Shown here one piece after another: positions 17,096 through 27,743 of a DNA stretch of 62,907 nt; the stretch's first letter is position 1, and each line of letters begins with the position of its first letter. The position numbers and the translations under genes are program-made. The stretch lies in the NCBI GenBank assembly GCA_026985035.1, contig JALSQY010000163.1, positions 1 to 62,907 of the forward strand, in the 5' to 3' direction. Source of the DNA: Methylothermaceae bacterium (GTDB lineage: Bacteria > Pseudomonadota > Gammaproteobacteria > Methylococcales > Methylothermaceae). The notes under the pieces were generated by a model. That model had not been told where the DNA came from. It searched no databases and saw nothing but the letters and a program-made list of their open reading frames with translations.

Positions 17096-19159
17096 TCAGG
17101 CAGCATAGCGTTTCATCAGTCCAGGAACATCGAGAATCAAGGCAATCATGCCATCCCCGGTTATGGTAGCCCCGGCCAAGCCCACCAAACCGTGCAGCTT
17201 GGCGCCCAGGGCTTTAATCACTACTTCTTCCTGGCCAATCAAGTGGTCCACGACAAATCCCACGTGCCGCCCACCTACATTGACCACTACCACGTTACCA
17301 TCGTTTTGCGAGCGGATTTCACTGCGCCGGCCATGGATCAGCCAGTCTTTGAGATAAAACAAAGGCAACGCCTGTTCGCGCACAATCACCACTTCCTGGC
17401 CATCCACGACATTGGTCTGATTCAGGTCCAAATCCAAAATCTCCACGACGCTGGCCAGAGGCAGGGCAAAGGCTTGGTGTTCCAGCTTCACCATCAGGGT
17501 CGGCATGATGGCTAACGTTAAAGGCACGCGGATTGTGAGTTTGGTTCCGCGCCCCTTTTCGGAATCGATATCCACACTGCCATTCATTTGGCTGATCCGG
17601 GTTTTCACCACATCCATTCCAACTCCACGGCCGGAAATATCGGAGATTTCCGATTTGGTGGAAAAGCCCGGCATGAAAATCAAATGAAAGCATTCTTTTT
17701 CGTCCATACGGGCAGCGCTTTCTTCATCCATCAAGCCTTTTTCCACCGCTTTTTGCCGCAGGACCTCGGGGTCCATGCCTTTGCCGTCATCTTCAATGGT
17801 CAATTGGATATGGTCGCCTTCCTGGGCTGCGGTCAGCACCACGACGCCCTCGCGGGGCTTGCCCGCCTTTTCCCGTTCATCGGGCATTTCGATGCCATGA
17901 TCCACCGAATTGCGCACCAGATGTACCAATGGATCGGCAAGCGCTTCCACCAGATTTTTATCCAGATCGGTATCCTCACCATGCATCTCCAGCCGGATTT
18001 CCTTGTTGAGGCTGCGCGCCAAATCCCGTACTACCCGGGGAAACCGGCCAAATACTTTTTTGATGGGCTGCATGCGGGTCTTCATCACCGCCAGCTGAAG
18101 GTCGGAAGTGACCACATCCAGATTCGCCACCGCCTTGGCCATGTCTTCGTTATCCAGGGACTCCCGGAGCGTTTTGAAGCGGTTCCGAACCAACACCAGT
18201 TCACCCACCATATTCATGATTTCATCCAGGCGCTGGGTATCGACCCGTACCGTGGTTTCTCCCGCAGGTTTTGGTTTACCGCCAGCAACGGCTTTCAACT
18301 GCGGGCGTTCCCGCTTGACTGGTTCCACTTTCGGGGGCTGGGTTTCCGGTTTTGGCTTGCTCTGTGGAGGACTGGATTTGCCTGGTTCGGCAGGCTGTTT
18401 AGGGGCAGCCGCTTGATGTTTGCCGGGTCCATGGAGTTGATCCAATAAGGCTTCAAATTCTTCTTCGGTGATTTCATCACTGTTTCCAGTATCTTCAGAA
18501 GCCTTTGGGGTTGGACGAATCTCTTCTTCCTTCTTGCCCGGAGCGCCACTCGGCCCATGGAGTGTATCGAGCAACTTCTCGAATTCTTCTTCGGTAATTT
18601 CATCCCCAGCGGGAACGGTTTCCTGAGACGCCTGCGCCCCCTCGAGCATGGCTTCAAATTCCTGTTCGATAGGATCGGGGTCGGACGGCTGGGCTTCGCT
18701 AGGTTCCAGGGCCTTTTCCTGTTGGGCCGGGGTTACCGTAGCCACCTCTTCAGTGGTGGCATCGCCGTCATCCGGCACGGTAAATCGCGCCAAAGCATTT
18801 AGCAGCCCGGGATCGGCCGGAGAGGGTTCTTCCCCGCTCCGGATACTGGCAATCATGTCATTGATGACATCCAACGCTTTGAGAACTGCATCCATGAGCG
18901 CTGGTTCTACTTTGCGATCGCCCTGACGTAAAAGGTTGAAGACATCTTCAGCCTTGTGGCAGAGTTCCACCAGTGGTTGAATACTTAAAAAGCCTGCCCC
19001 GCCCTTGACCGTATGAAACCCCCGGAAAATCGCATTGAGCAGATCGCCGTCTTCGGGCGCTTGTTCCAGATCCACCAGTTGCTCGCCGAGCTGCTCCAGT
19101 ATCTCTCCTGCTTCCACCAGGAAGTCTTGCAGGATTTCGTCGTCAAAATCTATTGCCAT
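17096..19159 (-). CDS. cheA: Chemotaxis histidine kinase CheA
   Basis: FRGFHTVKG, HLVRNSVDHG, SGRGVGMDVV, C-terminal CheW domain. Confidence 0.97.
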   Translation of the reverse strand: MAIDFDDEILQDFLVEAGEILEQLGEQLVDLEQAPEDGDLLNAIFRGFHTVKGGAGFLSIQPLVELCHKAEDVFNLLRQGDRKVEPALMDAVLKALDVINDMIASIRSGEEPSPADPGLLNALARFTVPDDGDATTEEVATVTPAQQEKALEPSEAQPSDPDPIEQEFEAMLEGAQASQETVPAGDEITEEEFEKLLDTLHGPSGAPGKKEEEIRPTPKASEDTGNSDEITEEEFEALLDQLHGPGKHQAAAPKQPAEPGKSSPPQSKPKPETQPPKVEPVKRERPQLKAVAGGKPKPAGETTVRVDTQRLDEIMNMVGELVLVRNRFKTLRESLDNEDMAKAVANLDVVTSDLQLAVMKTRMQPIKKVFGRFPRVVRDLARSLNKEIRLEMHGEDTDLDKNLVEALADPLVHLVRNSVDHGIEMPDEREKAGKPREGVVVLTAAQEGDHIQLTIEDDGKGMDPEVLRQKAVEKGLMDEESAARMDEKECFHLIFMPGFSTKSEISDISGRGVGMDVVKTRISQMNGSVDIDSEKGRGTKLTIRVPLTLAIMPTLMVKLEHQAFALPLASVVEILDLDLNQTNVVDGQEVVIVREQALPLFYLKDWLIHGRRSEIRSQNDGNVVVVNVGGRHVGFVVDHLIGQEEVVIKALGAKLHGLVGLAGATITGDGMIALILDVPGLMKRYAA

Positions 19160-19177
19160 GATGGAGATCTCCTCCCT

Positions 19178-19936
19178 TTAGAATCCAAGACTGGACAATA
19201 AATCATCCACATCATCCTGGCTGCTTACCGCTTCTGCCTTGTCCACTCCTGGAACCACTGGCCCTTCAGCTTCAACCTCCGGCTTCCCCTTGTCGGTTGC
19301 CGGAGCCGAAGGACTCATATGCCGGCTTGAAAAGCGAATCAATTCAATCAGGCTGTTTTCTACCTGTTGCACCAGTTCGATAACCTTGCGGATAATTTGC
19401 CCTGTCAAATCTTGAAAACTCTGCGCCATCAATACTTCATTCAATTGAGCTTGCATTTGCGCCAGGGCGGGCGACATATCTTTAAAATAACGGCTGATTT
19501 CCTGGCTCATCTCCCGGAATTCCGTATAGGGCATTTCCCTCTGCAGAAACCGTTCCCAGCGAGCGCCCAAATTATCGGTTTTTTCACTGAGAGCATCGAG
19601 TTGCGGCAAAACCTCGTCCAAAACGTTAAGCGTGGTATTAGCCGCCTGATCAGTCATGGTGATGACATAATTCAACCGTTCGCGGGCATCGGGAATATCG
19701 TTTTCGGTCAGTTCGGCCAATTTGTTATCCACCATAAAGCCGGTCAAAGCCTCGTGAAGCTGGCGGGTCAATTTGCCGATTTCTTGAAAAAGCATACTCT
19801 CCCGCACCCGGCCGATTTCATCCAAAATCCGGTCGGCCTCTGCTTCATCACCTTTTTCCAGGGCGGCCACCAAGGCTTTGGCGCGCTGAAGGCGGGCACC
19901 GAGGGATTCATCGAGATCCGTTGCTACTGCTGACAT
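19178..19936 (-). CDS. cheZ: Phosphatase CheZ
   Basis: DARERLNYV, QSFQDLTGQII, SQDDVDDLLSSLGF. Confidence 0.95.
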   Translation of the reverse strand: MSAVATDLDESLGARLQRAKALVAALEKGDEAEADRILDEIGRVRESMLFQEIGKLTRQLHEALTGFMVDNKLAELTENDIPDARERLNYVITMTDQAANTTLNVLDEVLPQLDALSEKTDNLGARWERFLQREMPYTEFREMSQEISRYFKDMSPALAQMQAQLNEVLMAQSFQDLTGQIIRKVIELVQQVENSLIELIRFSSRHMSPSAPATDKGKPEVEAEGPVVPGVDKAEAVSSQDDVDDLLSSLGF

Positions 19937-19945
19937 GGATAACTC

Positions 19946-20332
19946 CTAAGCCGCCAAGCGTTCAAAGATTTTTTCCAGCTTCTCTTTCAGCGTACCGGCG
20001 GTAAAGGGCTTGATGATATAACCGTTCACCCCGGCTTGTGCGGCAGCTACGATCTGATCCCGGCGCGCTTCCGCCGTTACCATCAGGACTGGCATGGTGG
20101 ATAATTTCTCATCGCTCCTCACGGCTTTCAACAGCTCAATACCGGTCATGCCAGGCATATTCCAGTCGGTAATCAGTAAATCAAAGTCCCCTGCCTGCAA
20201 CTTGGGCAGCGCGGTCTGGCCATCGTCTGCTTCGCTGATATTGGTAAACCCAAGTTCCCGCAAAAGATTTTTGATGATCCTGCGCATGGTGGAAAAATCA
20301 TCCACCACCAGGATTTTCATATTCTTATCCAA
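19946..20332 (-). CDS. cheY: Response regulator CheY (TTG start)
   Basis: [23 protein letters not shown]. Confidence 0.97.
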   Translation of the reverse strand: MDKNMKILVVDDFSTMRRIIKNLLRELGFTNISEADDGQTALPKLQAGDFDLLITDWNMPGMTGIELLKAVRSDEKLSTMPVLMVTAEARRDQIVAAAQAGVNGYIIKPFTAGTLKEKLEKIFERLAA

Positions 20333-20443
20333 CGCTCATCCCCTTATCTGTCATTTAACTCAATTAATAGTAAATATAGTCGTAATTTTGTGGCGGGAAG
20401 TGCTCCATGCCGATTTTCATAAACTATTCTCTGGATGGCAGAT

Positions 20444-21175
20444 TCACTCATCATTCAGCCATTCCCGCATCCGCGCCCGCAACCTGAGCATGGCCTGGCT
20501 ATTGATCTGGGACACCCGGGACTCGCTCACCCCCAGCACTTCGCCAATTTCGCGCAGATTCATTTCCTCTTCGTAATACAAAGAGATCACCAATCGCTCC
20601 CGCTCGGGCAGGCCGGAAATTGCATCAGCCAAGGCTTTTTTAAAGTTTTCATGGGAAAGGGAATCAATAGGCGCTACTTCGGCACCGCTGACTTGATCGA
20701 GAATCGCCTCACCATTTTCAAACAGTTCATCAACGCTGAACAGGCGGCACCCGACCGCATCCTGAAGCACTTGATGGTACTCATCGAGGCTCATGTCTAA
20801 TTCTTCCGCCACCTCGGTGTCCCTGGCGTCACGTCCGGTGCGGCGTTCAATGGCATACATGGCCTCGGTAATCATTCTGGCTTTACGGTGAACGGAACGG
20901 GGCGTCCAATCATAGCGGCGCACCTCATCCAGCATTGCCCCGCGAATTCGAATCCCCGCATAGGTTTCGAAACTGGCCCCCTGCCCGGCATCATATTGGC
21001 GTGAAGCTTCCAGCAGGCCTACCATGCCGGCTTGAATCAAATCATCCAATTGCACGCTGGCAGGAAGCCTGGCTTTTAAATGATGGGCAATACGATTAAC
21101 CAGTGGCGCATAGCGGCTCACCACCGATTCAAAATCCTGAGACTGCACCTGGGCATAAGCCTGGGCACCTTTCAT
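20444..21175 (-). CDS. fliA: Sigma-28 factor FliA
   Basis: DDLIQAG, RIRGAMLDE, GVSESRVSQ. Confidence 0.96.
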   Translation of the reverse strand: MKGAQAYAQVQSQDFESVVSRYAPLVNRIAHHLKARLPASVQLDDLIQAGMVGLLEASRQYDAGQGASFETYAGIRIRGAMLDEVRRYDWTPRSVHRKARMITEAMYAIERRTGRDARDTEVAEELDMSLDEYHQVLQDAVGCRLFSVDELFENGEAILDQVSGAEVAPIDSLSHENFKKALADAISGLPERERLVISLYYEEEMNLREIGEVLGVSESRVSQINSQAMLRLRARMREWLNDE

Positions 21176-22044
21176 GCGAATGCCTCCGAACTAAAATGAA
21201 TCATGCGCTCGACAAAAAATTCCAACTGCCCTGAAGGAAGGTCACTCACCGGCCAAGTATCAATCTTGCGCGCCAGAGCCTTTAATGCCTGGGCCGCTGG
21301 GCAACCGGGAAATGCAGTCATGACCGGCTGCTGCATCTTTACCGACTTGCGAACCGAGTCATCGTGGGGAACCGCACCAAAATAACTTAAGGCTACATCC
21401 AAATAGTGATCGGTGACCCGGCAAAGCTTCTCAAACAGGACCCTGCCCTGCCCCGCGTCACGCACCATATTGCACAGAATCTGGAACCGGTGGAGGCCAT
21501 AATCACGATTGAGTAATTTGATAAAGGCATAGGCATCTGTCAACGAGGTAGGCTCATCACAGACCACGACCACTACTTCCTGACACGCCCTGGCAAAATT
21601 CACCACGCTCCCTGAAATTCCCGCCGCGGTATCCACAATTAATACTTCCAGCGGAATCTGCAGCTCACTGAAGGCCCGGATCAGGCCCGCCTGTTCCGCC
21701 GGCGATAATTCCGCCATTTGCTGCACGCCGGAAGCCGCGGGAACGATCTTTAATCCCGCAGGCCCGTCCAGCAAGATGTCATCCAGGGTTTTTTCTCCCC
21801 GAATCACATGGGAAAGGTTATGGCTGGGATGCAAGCCCAGGAGAATATCTACATTCGCCAATCCCATGTCCGCATCCAGCAGGGCAGTGGCCCGACCCAT
21901 CTGCGCCAGGGCCACACCGAGATTCACTGACACATTGGTCTTGCCCACCCCGCCCTTGCCACTGGCCACGGCCAACACACGGACGGGTTTCAGGCTGGTC
22001 ATTTGCCGGATTCCGGCGGCTTGATCCATGTTATACGCTGGCAT
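21172..22044 (-). CDS. fleN: Flagellar number regulator FleN/FlhG
   Basis: DQAAGIR, SGKGGVGKT, DEPTSLTDAYA. Confidence 0.93.
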   Translation of the reverse strand: MPAYNMDQAAGIRQMTSLKPVRVLAVASGKGGVGKTNVSVNLGVALAQMGRATALLDADMGLANVDILLGLHPSHNLSHVIRGEKTLDDILLDGPAGLKIVPAASGVQQMAELSPAEQAGLIRAFSELQIPLEVLIVDTAAGISGSVVNFARACQEVVVVVCDEPTSLTDAYAFIKLLNRDYGLHRFQILCNMVRDAGQGRVLFEKLCRVTDHYLDVALSYFGAVPHDDSVRKSVKMQQPVMTAFPGCPAAQALKALARKIDTWPVSDLPSGQLEFFVERMIHFSSEAFA

Positions 22045-23431
22045 GGGCAACCCAATCTTCGAAGGTAAAATCATCGTTGTCAGGGGCAGACTCGGCTTCC
22101 CCGCTGACAAAGCAACGGGCCACCAGATCACTTGCGCTGGCGCGATGCAAATTCTCCGGCACTTGCTGGCCGTCGGTAACAAACGCCACCGGCAACCGAT
22201 GTTCGAGCACCGCCGAGATTGCAGGCCCTAACGTGCCTGCCTCATCCAGTTTAGTCAAAATGCAGGATTTGGCCCCGAAGCCGGAAAAAGCGGTGATGAT
22301 CTCGTTGAGTGATTTGATTTGAGCACTGGCGGACAACACCAGATGAGATTCGATTTCTATTTCACTTTCCCGGAAAAGCGCGAATTGATCCGCCAATCGC
22401 AAGTCTTTTTGGCTCATGCCGGCAGTGTCAATCAACACCAGTTTTTTGTCCATAAAGCCTCTCAAAATGCCGTGCAGTTCCTCTGCATTGCCAGCCACCC
22501 GGACGGGAACTCCAAGAATTCTGGCATAGGTACTGAGTTGTTCGTGGGCGGCAATCCGGTAGTTATCGGTAGTCACCAGGGCAATTTGGCGGGGACCGTG
22601 CTTTAACCGGAATTGGGCCGCCAATTTGGCAATGGTAGTGGTTTTACCAACACCGGTGGGGCCCACCAAAGCCACGATCCCTCCAAAATCCAGGAGGGGA
22701 TCTTCCGCGATGGGCAGCGCCTGCGCCACTACCTGCTGAACTTGCTCCCAGGCAAGGGCAATATCCTCTTGGCAACCGCAACGTTGGGAAAATTCACGAC
22801 CTATAGCCGGAGAAAACCCCAATCGGGTCAGGTTCCGTAAAACATCCAAACGGGTGGGATATTTGTCCACTTCCTCACGCCAGGCTTGCCGGGATAAATG
22901 CCGGTCCAATAAATAGCGCATTTGCCTCAATTCCTGCCGCATCCCCTGCATATCGTCTAAGTGGACAGATACGCCGGAAAGGGTGGCGGAAACCGGGCTT
23001 TTCCCGGAAGAAGCAGCGGATTCGTCCGCTGGCTTGCTCCGGGTAAGGAGGGGGTCCTTGGATGGGCTCCGGTTTCCGCCATTGTTTGGTTTCACTTTAT
23101 TGTTATCGGCCACATTGACGGTGGCTTTAGCTGGTTTTTGCCCGCGCCGCGTTGACGGCTTGGAGCTGGCGTTGGCAACAGCCATTTCCGCCACAGCGTT
23201 GTAACCGCGGGCGGAAAAGGCCGGCTTTGGCATCACTTTGGCTTTCTTGGTCTGTACAGGTGTTGGATCGGAAGGCGTCATACTTTCCATTTCAAAATCC
23301 CGGGCAGCAACAATTTCCACTCCCTCGGCGGTTTTACGATTGGAGAGGATGACCGCGTCTGGTCCCAATGTCTCCTTTACCTGCTGCAAAGCCTGGCGGA
23401 TATCCGGCGCCAGGAAACGTTTCATCTTCAT
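22031..23431 (-). CDS. flhF: SRP-type GTPase FlhF
   Basis: GPDAVILS, GPTGVGKTTT, DTAG, TKLDE. Confidence 0.95.
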   Translation of the reverse strand: MKMKRFLAPDIRQALQQVKETLGPDAVILSNRKTAEGVEIVAARDFEMESMTPSDPTPVQTKKAKVMPKPAFSARGYNAVAEMAVANASSKPSTRRGQKPAKATVNVADNNKVKPNNGGNRSPSKDPLLTRSKPADESAASSGKSPVSATLSGVSVHLDDMQGMRQELRQMRYLLDRHLSRQAWREEVDKYPTRLDVLRNLTRLGFSPAIGREFSQRCGCQEDIALAWEQVQQVVAQALPIAEDPLLDFGGIVALVGPTGVGKTTTIAKLAAQFRLKHGPRQIALVTTDNYRIAAHEQLSTYARILGVPVRVAGNAEELHGILRGFMDKKLVLIDTAGMSQKDLRLADQFALFRESEIEIESHLVLSASAQIKSLNEIITAFSGFGAKSCILTKLDEAGTLGPAISAVLEHRLPVAFVTDGQQVPENLHRASASDLVARCFVSGEAESAPDNDDFTFEDWVAHASV

Positions 23432-23453
23432 CCGCTTTTACCTCAATGGATTT

Positions 23454-25541
23454 TCAAGCCCTTTGGCCAACCACGCCCACGACTTTGATCTGCTGATCTT
23501 CGGGCACTTCGTTATAGGCCAGCACATGCAATCCAGGAATGGTGTGGCGGACGAACCGCGACAACCAAGAACGTAGCAGGGAAGAAACCAATAGAACCGC
23601 CGGTTTGCCGGTCATTTCCAATTTATTGGTTTGTTCTTCCAATAGTTGATGCATGCGTTGCGCCAATCCTGGTTCAATGCCGGCACCTTCCGTGCCGCTG
23701 CCTTGCAGGGTTTGCTGCAATAACTGTTCCAATTCCGGATCGAGGGTAAGTACCGGCAATTCATGTTCCAAGCCATTGATTTTTTGGACAATAGAACGTC
23801 CCAGGGCGGAACGTACTGCGGCTGTCAAGGTGTCGGGATCCTGACTTTTACTGCCCTGTTCCGCCAAAGTTTCGGCGATTGTGATCATATCGCGAATGGA
23901 AATCTTTTCTTTGAGCAGGTTTTGCAGAACTTTCACCAGCAAGGTCAGCGGGAGGATTTGCGGCACCAGATTTTCCGCCAATTTGGGGGCCACCTTGGCC
24001 AAGTTGTCCACCCATTGCTGCGCTTCTTCGTGGCCGAACAGTTGAAACGCCTGCTCCTGCAATACCTGACTGAGATGGGTAGCAATCACTGTTTCCGGAT
24101 CGACCACGGTGTAACCCAACGCCTGGGCGTGATCTTTCTGCGCCGGTTCAATCCATACCGCTTCCAGACCAAAGGCGGGATCTTTGCCTTCGATACCCTG
24201 CAGGGCACCGAAAACCTGTCCCGGATTAATCGCCATTTCCCGGTCCGGTTGGATTTCCGCTTCACCTACGGTTACCCCCAGAACTTGCAGGCGGTAAGCA
24301 GTGGGAGACAAGTCCAGGTTGTCCCGGATGTGGACCGGCGGAATCAAAAAGCCCAGTTCCTGGGACAGTTTTTTGCGCACCCCCTTGATGCGGGCCATTA
24401 ACTGCCCTCCCTGCTGTTTATCCACCAAGGGAATCAGCCGGTAACCCACTTGCAGGCCAATCCGGTCTACCGGCATGACATCCTCCCAGCTAAGCTCTTT
24501 GACTTCCGGTTCTGGCGGCGGCGCCAAAGCTTCTTCCGTCTGGGTTTCCAGCATTCGATGACGCCGGTAGAGATAATAGGCGCCTGCCCCTAAAGCGCTT
24601 CCCAGAAGTAAAAACGGCAGGTTTGGCATCCCTGGAATCAAACCCAGCAAACCTATCACCGCGGCACTGATAGCCAAGGCCTTGGGGTGATCGAGAAACT
24701 GGCCGCTGAACTGCTGCCCCATATCCTCGGTGCTGCTGGAAACCCGGGTTACCAGAATGGCCGATGCCACCGACAACAACAGAGAAGGGATTTGCGCGAC
24801 CAGGCCGTCGCCAATGGTCAATAAAGTGTATCGTTCCACGGCTTCGGCAAAGGTCATGTCATGCTGGGCCATGCCAATGGCCAGACCGCCAATCACATTG
24901 ATAAACAAAATCAAGATCCCGGCGATGGCATCGCCACGGACAAACTTGCTGGCACCATCCATGGCCCCATAGAAATCCGCTTCTTGCGCCACTTCGAGGC
25001 GGCGCAGACGGGCTTCGTCCTGGGATAACAGACCGGCATTGAGGTCGGCGTCAATGGCCATTTGCTTGCCAGGCATGGCATCCAGGGTGAAACGGGCGCT
25101 AACTTCGGACACCCGCCCCGCACCCTTGGTTACGACGACAAAATTGATAATCACCAAAATGGCAAACACCACCAGCCCCACAGCGAAATTGCCGCCAATG
25201 ACAAAAGCGCCGAAAGCTTCAATCACCTTGCCTGCCGCTTCCGGGCTTTCATGCCCTTCGAGCAATACAATCCGGGTGGACGCCACATTCAATCCCAACC
25301 GCAGCAGGGTGGCCACCAGCAACACGGTGGGGAAAATGGCAAAATCCAGGGGCCTGGCGGTGTAGATAACCACCAAAAGAATAATGAGGGAAAAGGCGAT
25401 ATTGAATGTGAAAAACAAATCCAATATGAAGGCGGGCAGTGGCAACACCAATAACATCAGCATCAACATCACCAGCAATGGCGCCCCCAAACCGGCACCG
25501 CCCAACTGTTTCATTCTGTTTAGAATAACGTTGAAGTTCAT
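23454..25541 (-). CDS. flhA: Flagellar export gate FlhA
   Basis: ARFTLDAMPGKQMAIDADL, FYGAMDGASKFV. Confidence 0.97.
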   Translation of the reverse strand: MNFNVILNRMKQLGGAGLGAPLLVMLMLMLLVLPLPAFILDLFFTFNIAFSLIILLVVIYTARPLDFAIFPTVLLVATLLRLGLNVASTRIVLLEGHESPEAAGKVIEAFGAFVIGGNFAVGLVVFAILVIINFVVVTKGAGRVSEVSARFTLDAMPGKQMAIDADLNAGLLSQDEARLRRLEVAQEADFYGAMDGASKFVRGDAIAGILILFINVIGGLAIGMAQHDMTFAEAVERYTLLTIGDGLVAQIPSLLLSVASAILVTRVSSSTEDMGQQFSGQFLDHPKALAISAAVIGLLGLIPGMPNLPFLLLGSALGAGAYYLYRRHRMLETQTEEALAPPPEPEVKELSWEDVMPVDRIGLQVGYRLIPLVDKQQGGQLMARIKGVRKKLSQELGFLIPPVHIRDNLDLSPTAYRLQVLGVTVGEAEIQPDREMAINPGQVFGALQGIEGKDPAFGLEAVWIEPAQKDHAQALGYTVVDPETVIATHLSQVLQEQAFQLFGHEEAQQWVDNLAKVAPKLAENLVPQILPLTLLVKVLQNLLKEKISIRDMITIAETLAEQGSKSQDPDTLTAAVRSALGRSIVQKINGLEHELPVLTLDPELEQLLQQTLQGSGTEGAGIEPGLAQRMHQLLEEQTNKLEMTGKPAVLLVSSLLRSWLSRFVRHTIPGLHVLAYNEVPEDQQIKVVGVVGQRA

Positions 25542-26683
25542 TCCCTGGTAGCTCCTGAGGGTCGTAAGTATTCTTCTGGAACTGGCAAGTCGGTGGGTGG
25601 CGGCGGCCTTTCTCCCGGGTGAGCCGCCACCTTGAGCTGATAGACATAGGCCAATACCTGGGCCACGGCCAAATACAGACCTTCCGGAATTTCCCGCTCC
25701 AGCTCAGTGTTGTAGTACAACGCCCTGGCCAATGGCGGTGCCGCCACCAGGGGCACATCCGCTGCTACCGCCTTGTTGCGGATTTGTGCGGCAATCATAT
25801 CCACCCCCTTGGCTACCACCTTGGGCGCTCCGCCTCCCTGTTGATCATATTTCAACGCTACTGCGTAATGGGTGGGATTGGTTACCACGACATCGGCCTT
25901 GGGCACCTCATCCATCATGCGCTGGGAAGCTCGCTCATGCTGGAGTTGGCGGATCTTGCTCTTGACTTCGGGACGGCCTTCCGATTCCTTCATTTCATCC
26001 TTGACCTCTTGCAGGGTCATTTTGAGCTTTTTCCGGTGATCCCATAACTGATAAGGCACATCAATGGCTACCAATACCACCAAGGCCGCGCTCAACAGCA
26101 AAGTGGACCGCCACAGAATATCAAGCCCGTGATCAAGGGCGAGCTGCAAGTTGTGTTGGATCAAACCGAAAATTTCCGCCTGGTAACTTTGCAGCAACAG
26201 CGTGGCCACGCCACCCAGCAACAGCACCTTAAGCAGCGACTTGATCAGTTCCACCAGCCCCTTGGCGGCAAACATTCGCTTGAATCCTTCCAGGGGGTTG
26301 AGTTTACTGAATTTAGGTTGCAGATTTCCCCAACTGAACATCCAGCCCCCCAAACCCAGTGGCGCAACCAGTGCTGCCAGTACCATCAATGCCAAAAAGG
26401 GCGTCAACAAACTCAAGGTATTGGTGAACGCCTCGCTACTATGTAAAAGCAAGGCATCTGAGTCAAACAGCTCTTTTCTTTCCAAGCGAAAATTCGCCAT
26501 CATGGTCTGACGCAATTTTTTCGCTATAAACCCGCCAAAGATGCTGCACCCCATCACCCCGGCCAGAAGCACCACAAAAGTGTTCAACTCCCGGGAACGG
26601 GGTATCTGCCCTTTCTTGCGGGCATCCTCCAACCGTTTGGCGGTAGGCTCTTCGCTGCGTTCTTGGCCTGAATCTTCCGCCAT
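25538..26683 (-). CDS. flhB: Flagellar export switch FlhB
   Basis: NPTH autocleavage motif, RKKGQIPRS. Confidence 0.97.
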   Translation of the reverse strand: MAEDSGQERSEEPTAKRLEDARKKGQIPRSRELNTFVVLLAGVMGCSIFGGFIAKKLRQTMMANFRLERKELFDSDALLLHSSEAFTNTLSLLTPFLALMVLAALVAPLGLGGWMFSWGNLQPKFSKLNPLEGFKRMFAAKGLVELIKSLLKVLLLGGVATLLLQSYQAEIFGLIQHNLQLALDHGLDILWRSTLLLSAALVVLVAIDVPYQLWDHRKKLKMTLQEVKDEMKESEGRPEVKSKIRQLQHERASQRMMDEVPKADVVVTNPTHYAVALKYDQQGGGAPKVVAKGVDMIAAQIRNKAVAADVPLVAAPPLARALYYNTELEREIPEGLYLAVAQVLAYVYQLKVAAHPGERPPPPTDLPVPEEYLRPSGATRE

Positions 26684-26686
26684 TCC

Positions 26687-27463
26687 CTATACTCTCAACA
26701 ACTTGGCAATCAACTCATAGGCTCCCGGCAGGCTGAGGGAAAAACGATGCAATACCGCAGGGAAAGTCACCCACATCATCGCCAACCCTAACATTAATGT
26801 TACGGGGAAACCCACGGAAAAAATATTTAATTGAGGTGCGGCGCGGGTAGCAATCCCGAATGCGATATTGACGAATAATAAAGTCACCATAATGGGCAGT
26901 GATAACAAAACACCGCCAACAAAAACCGTAGTACTCCAGCGGACGATGGTCCATAAATCTTCCCGCGCCAGCCCTTCCATTCCCAAAGGCAAGGTATGGA
27001 AGCTCGCGGCAATCATTTCAATCAACACCAAGTGGCCATCAGCCGCCAAAAAAAGCAGGGTGGCAAAAAGCAAATATACTTGCGAGATAATCGGGACCTG
27101 TACCCCTAACTGAGGATCAATCATGGAAGCAAAACCCAAGCCCATGCTATAGGCAATACTTTGTCCAGCGAAGATTAAAGCGGCAAACGCCATTTGCATG
27201 ATAAACCCCATAACCATGCCGATCAGTATTTCCCGCATTGCCACAAATATGGCTGATAATCCCAGCATATCCAACACCGGCACCGATTCCAAAGTCGGGG
27301 CGACCAGCCAGCAAAACGTTACCACCATGATCACCCGCACCCGCACCGGCACCGAATGGCTGTTGAAAACCGGCATGGCCATGATGAAAGCACCGGTGCG
27401 CAATATCGGCCACAGAAAGCGGGACAACAATTCCAGTAGCTGAGCTTCAGACCAATGCATCAT
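26687..27463 (-). CDS. fliR: FliR
   Basis: MGLGFA, RAAPQLNIF. Confidence 0.95.
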   Translation of the reverse strand: MMHWSEAQLLELLSRFLWPILRTGAFIMAMPVFNSHSVPVRVRVIMVVTFCWLVAPTLESVPVLDMLGLSAIFVAMREILIGMVMGFIMQMAFAALIFAGQSIAYSMGLGFASMIDPQLGVQVPIISQVYLLFATLLFLAADGHLVLIEMIAASFHTLPLGMEGLAREDLWTIVRWSTTVFVGGVLLSLPIMVTLLFVNIAFGIATRAAPQLNIFSVGFPVTLMLGLAMMWVTFPAVLHRFSLSLPGAYELIAKLLRV

Positions 27464-27732
27464 CCGCCCAACAGTCCCGGGATGTTTTCATAAAGCTGAC
27501 GGGTATATTCAGTCAACAATCGCAACATCCAGTGGCCGGCCAACACCAGAACCAGGGCGATGACAATCAATTTGGGCACAAAAGTAAGCGTCATTTCATT
27601 GATTTGCGTGGCTGCCTGAAACATCGCGACCACCAGCCCTATGGCCAATACCGAAAGCAGAATGGGGGCGGCCAATTTCAACGTTACCCACAGCATTTCG
27701 TGGGCCACGGTCATGACGGTATCGGCATCCAT
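27460..27732 (-). CDS. fliQ: FliQ
   Basis: FQAATQINEMTLTFVPK. Confidence 0.95.
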   Translation of the reverse strand: MDADTVMTVAHEMLWVTLKLAAPILLSVLAIGLVVAMFQAATQINEMTLTFVPKLIVIALVLVLAGHWMLRLLTEYTRQLYENIPGLLGG

Positions 27733-27743
27733 TGCGAAACTCT

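Noticed and set aside
15954-18448. 277-aa and 286-aa + strand ORFs
   Set aside because: Shadows of motC/cheB and cheA
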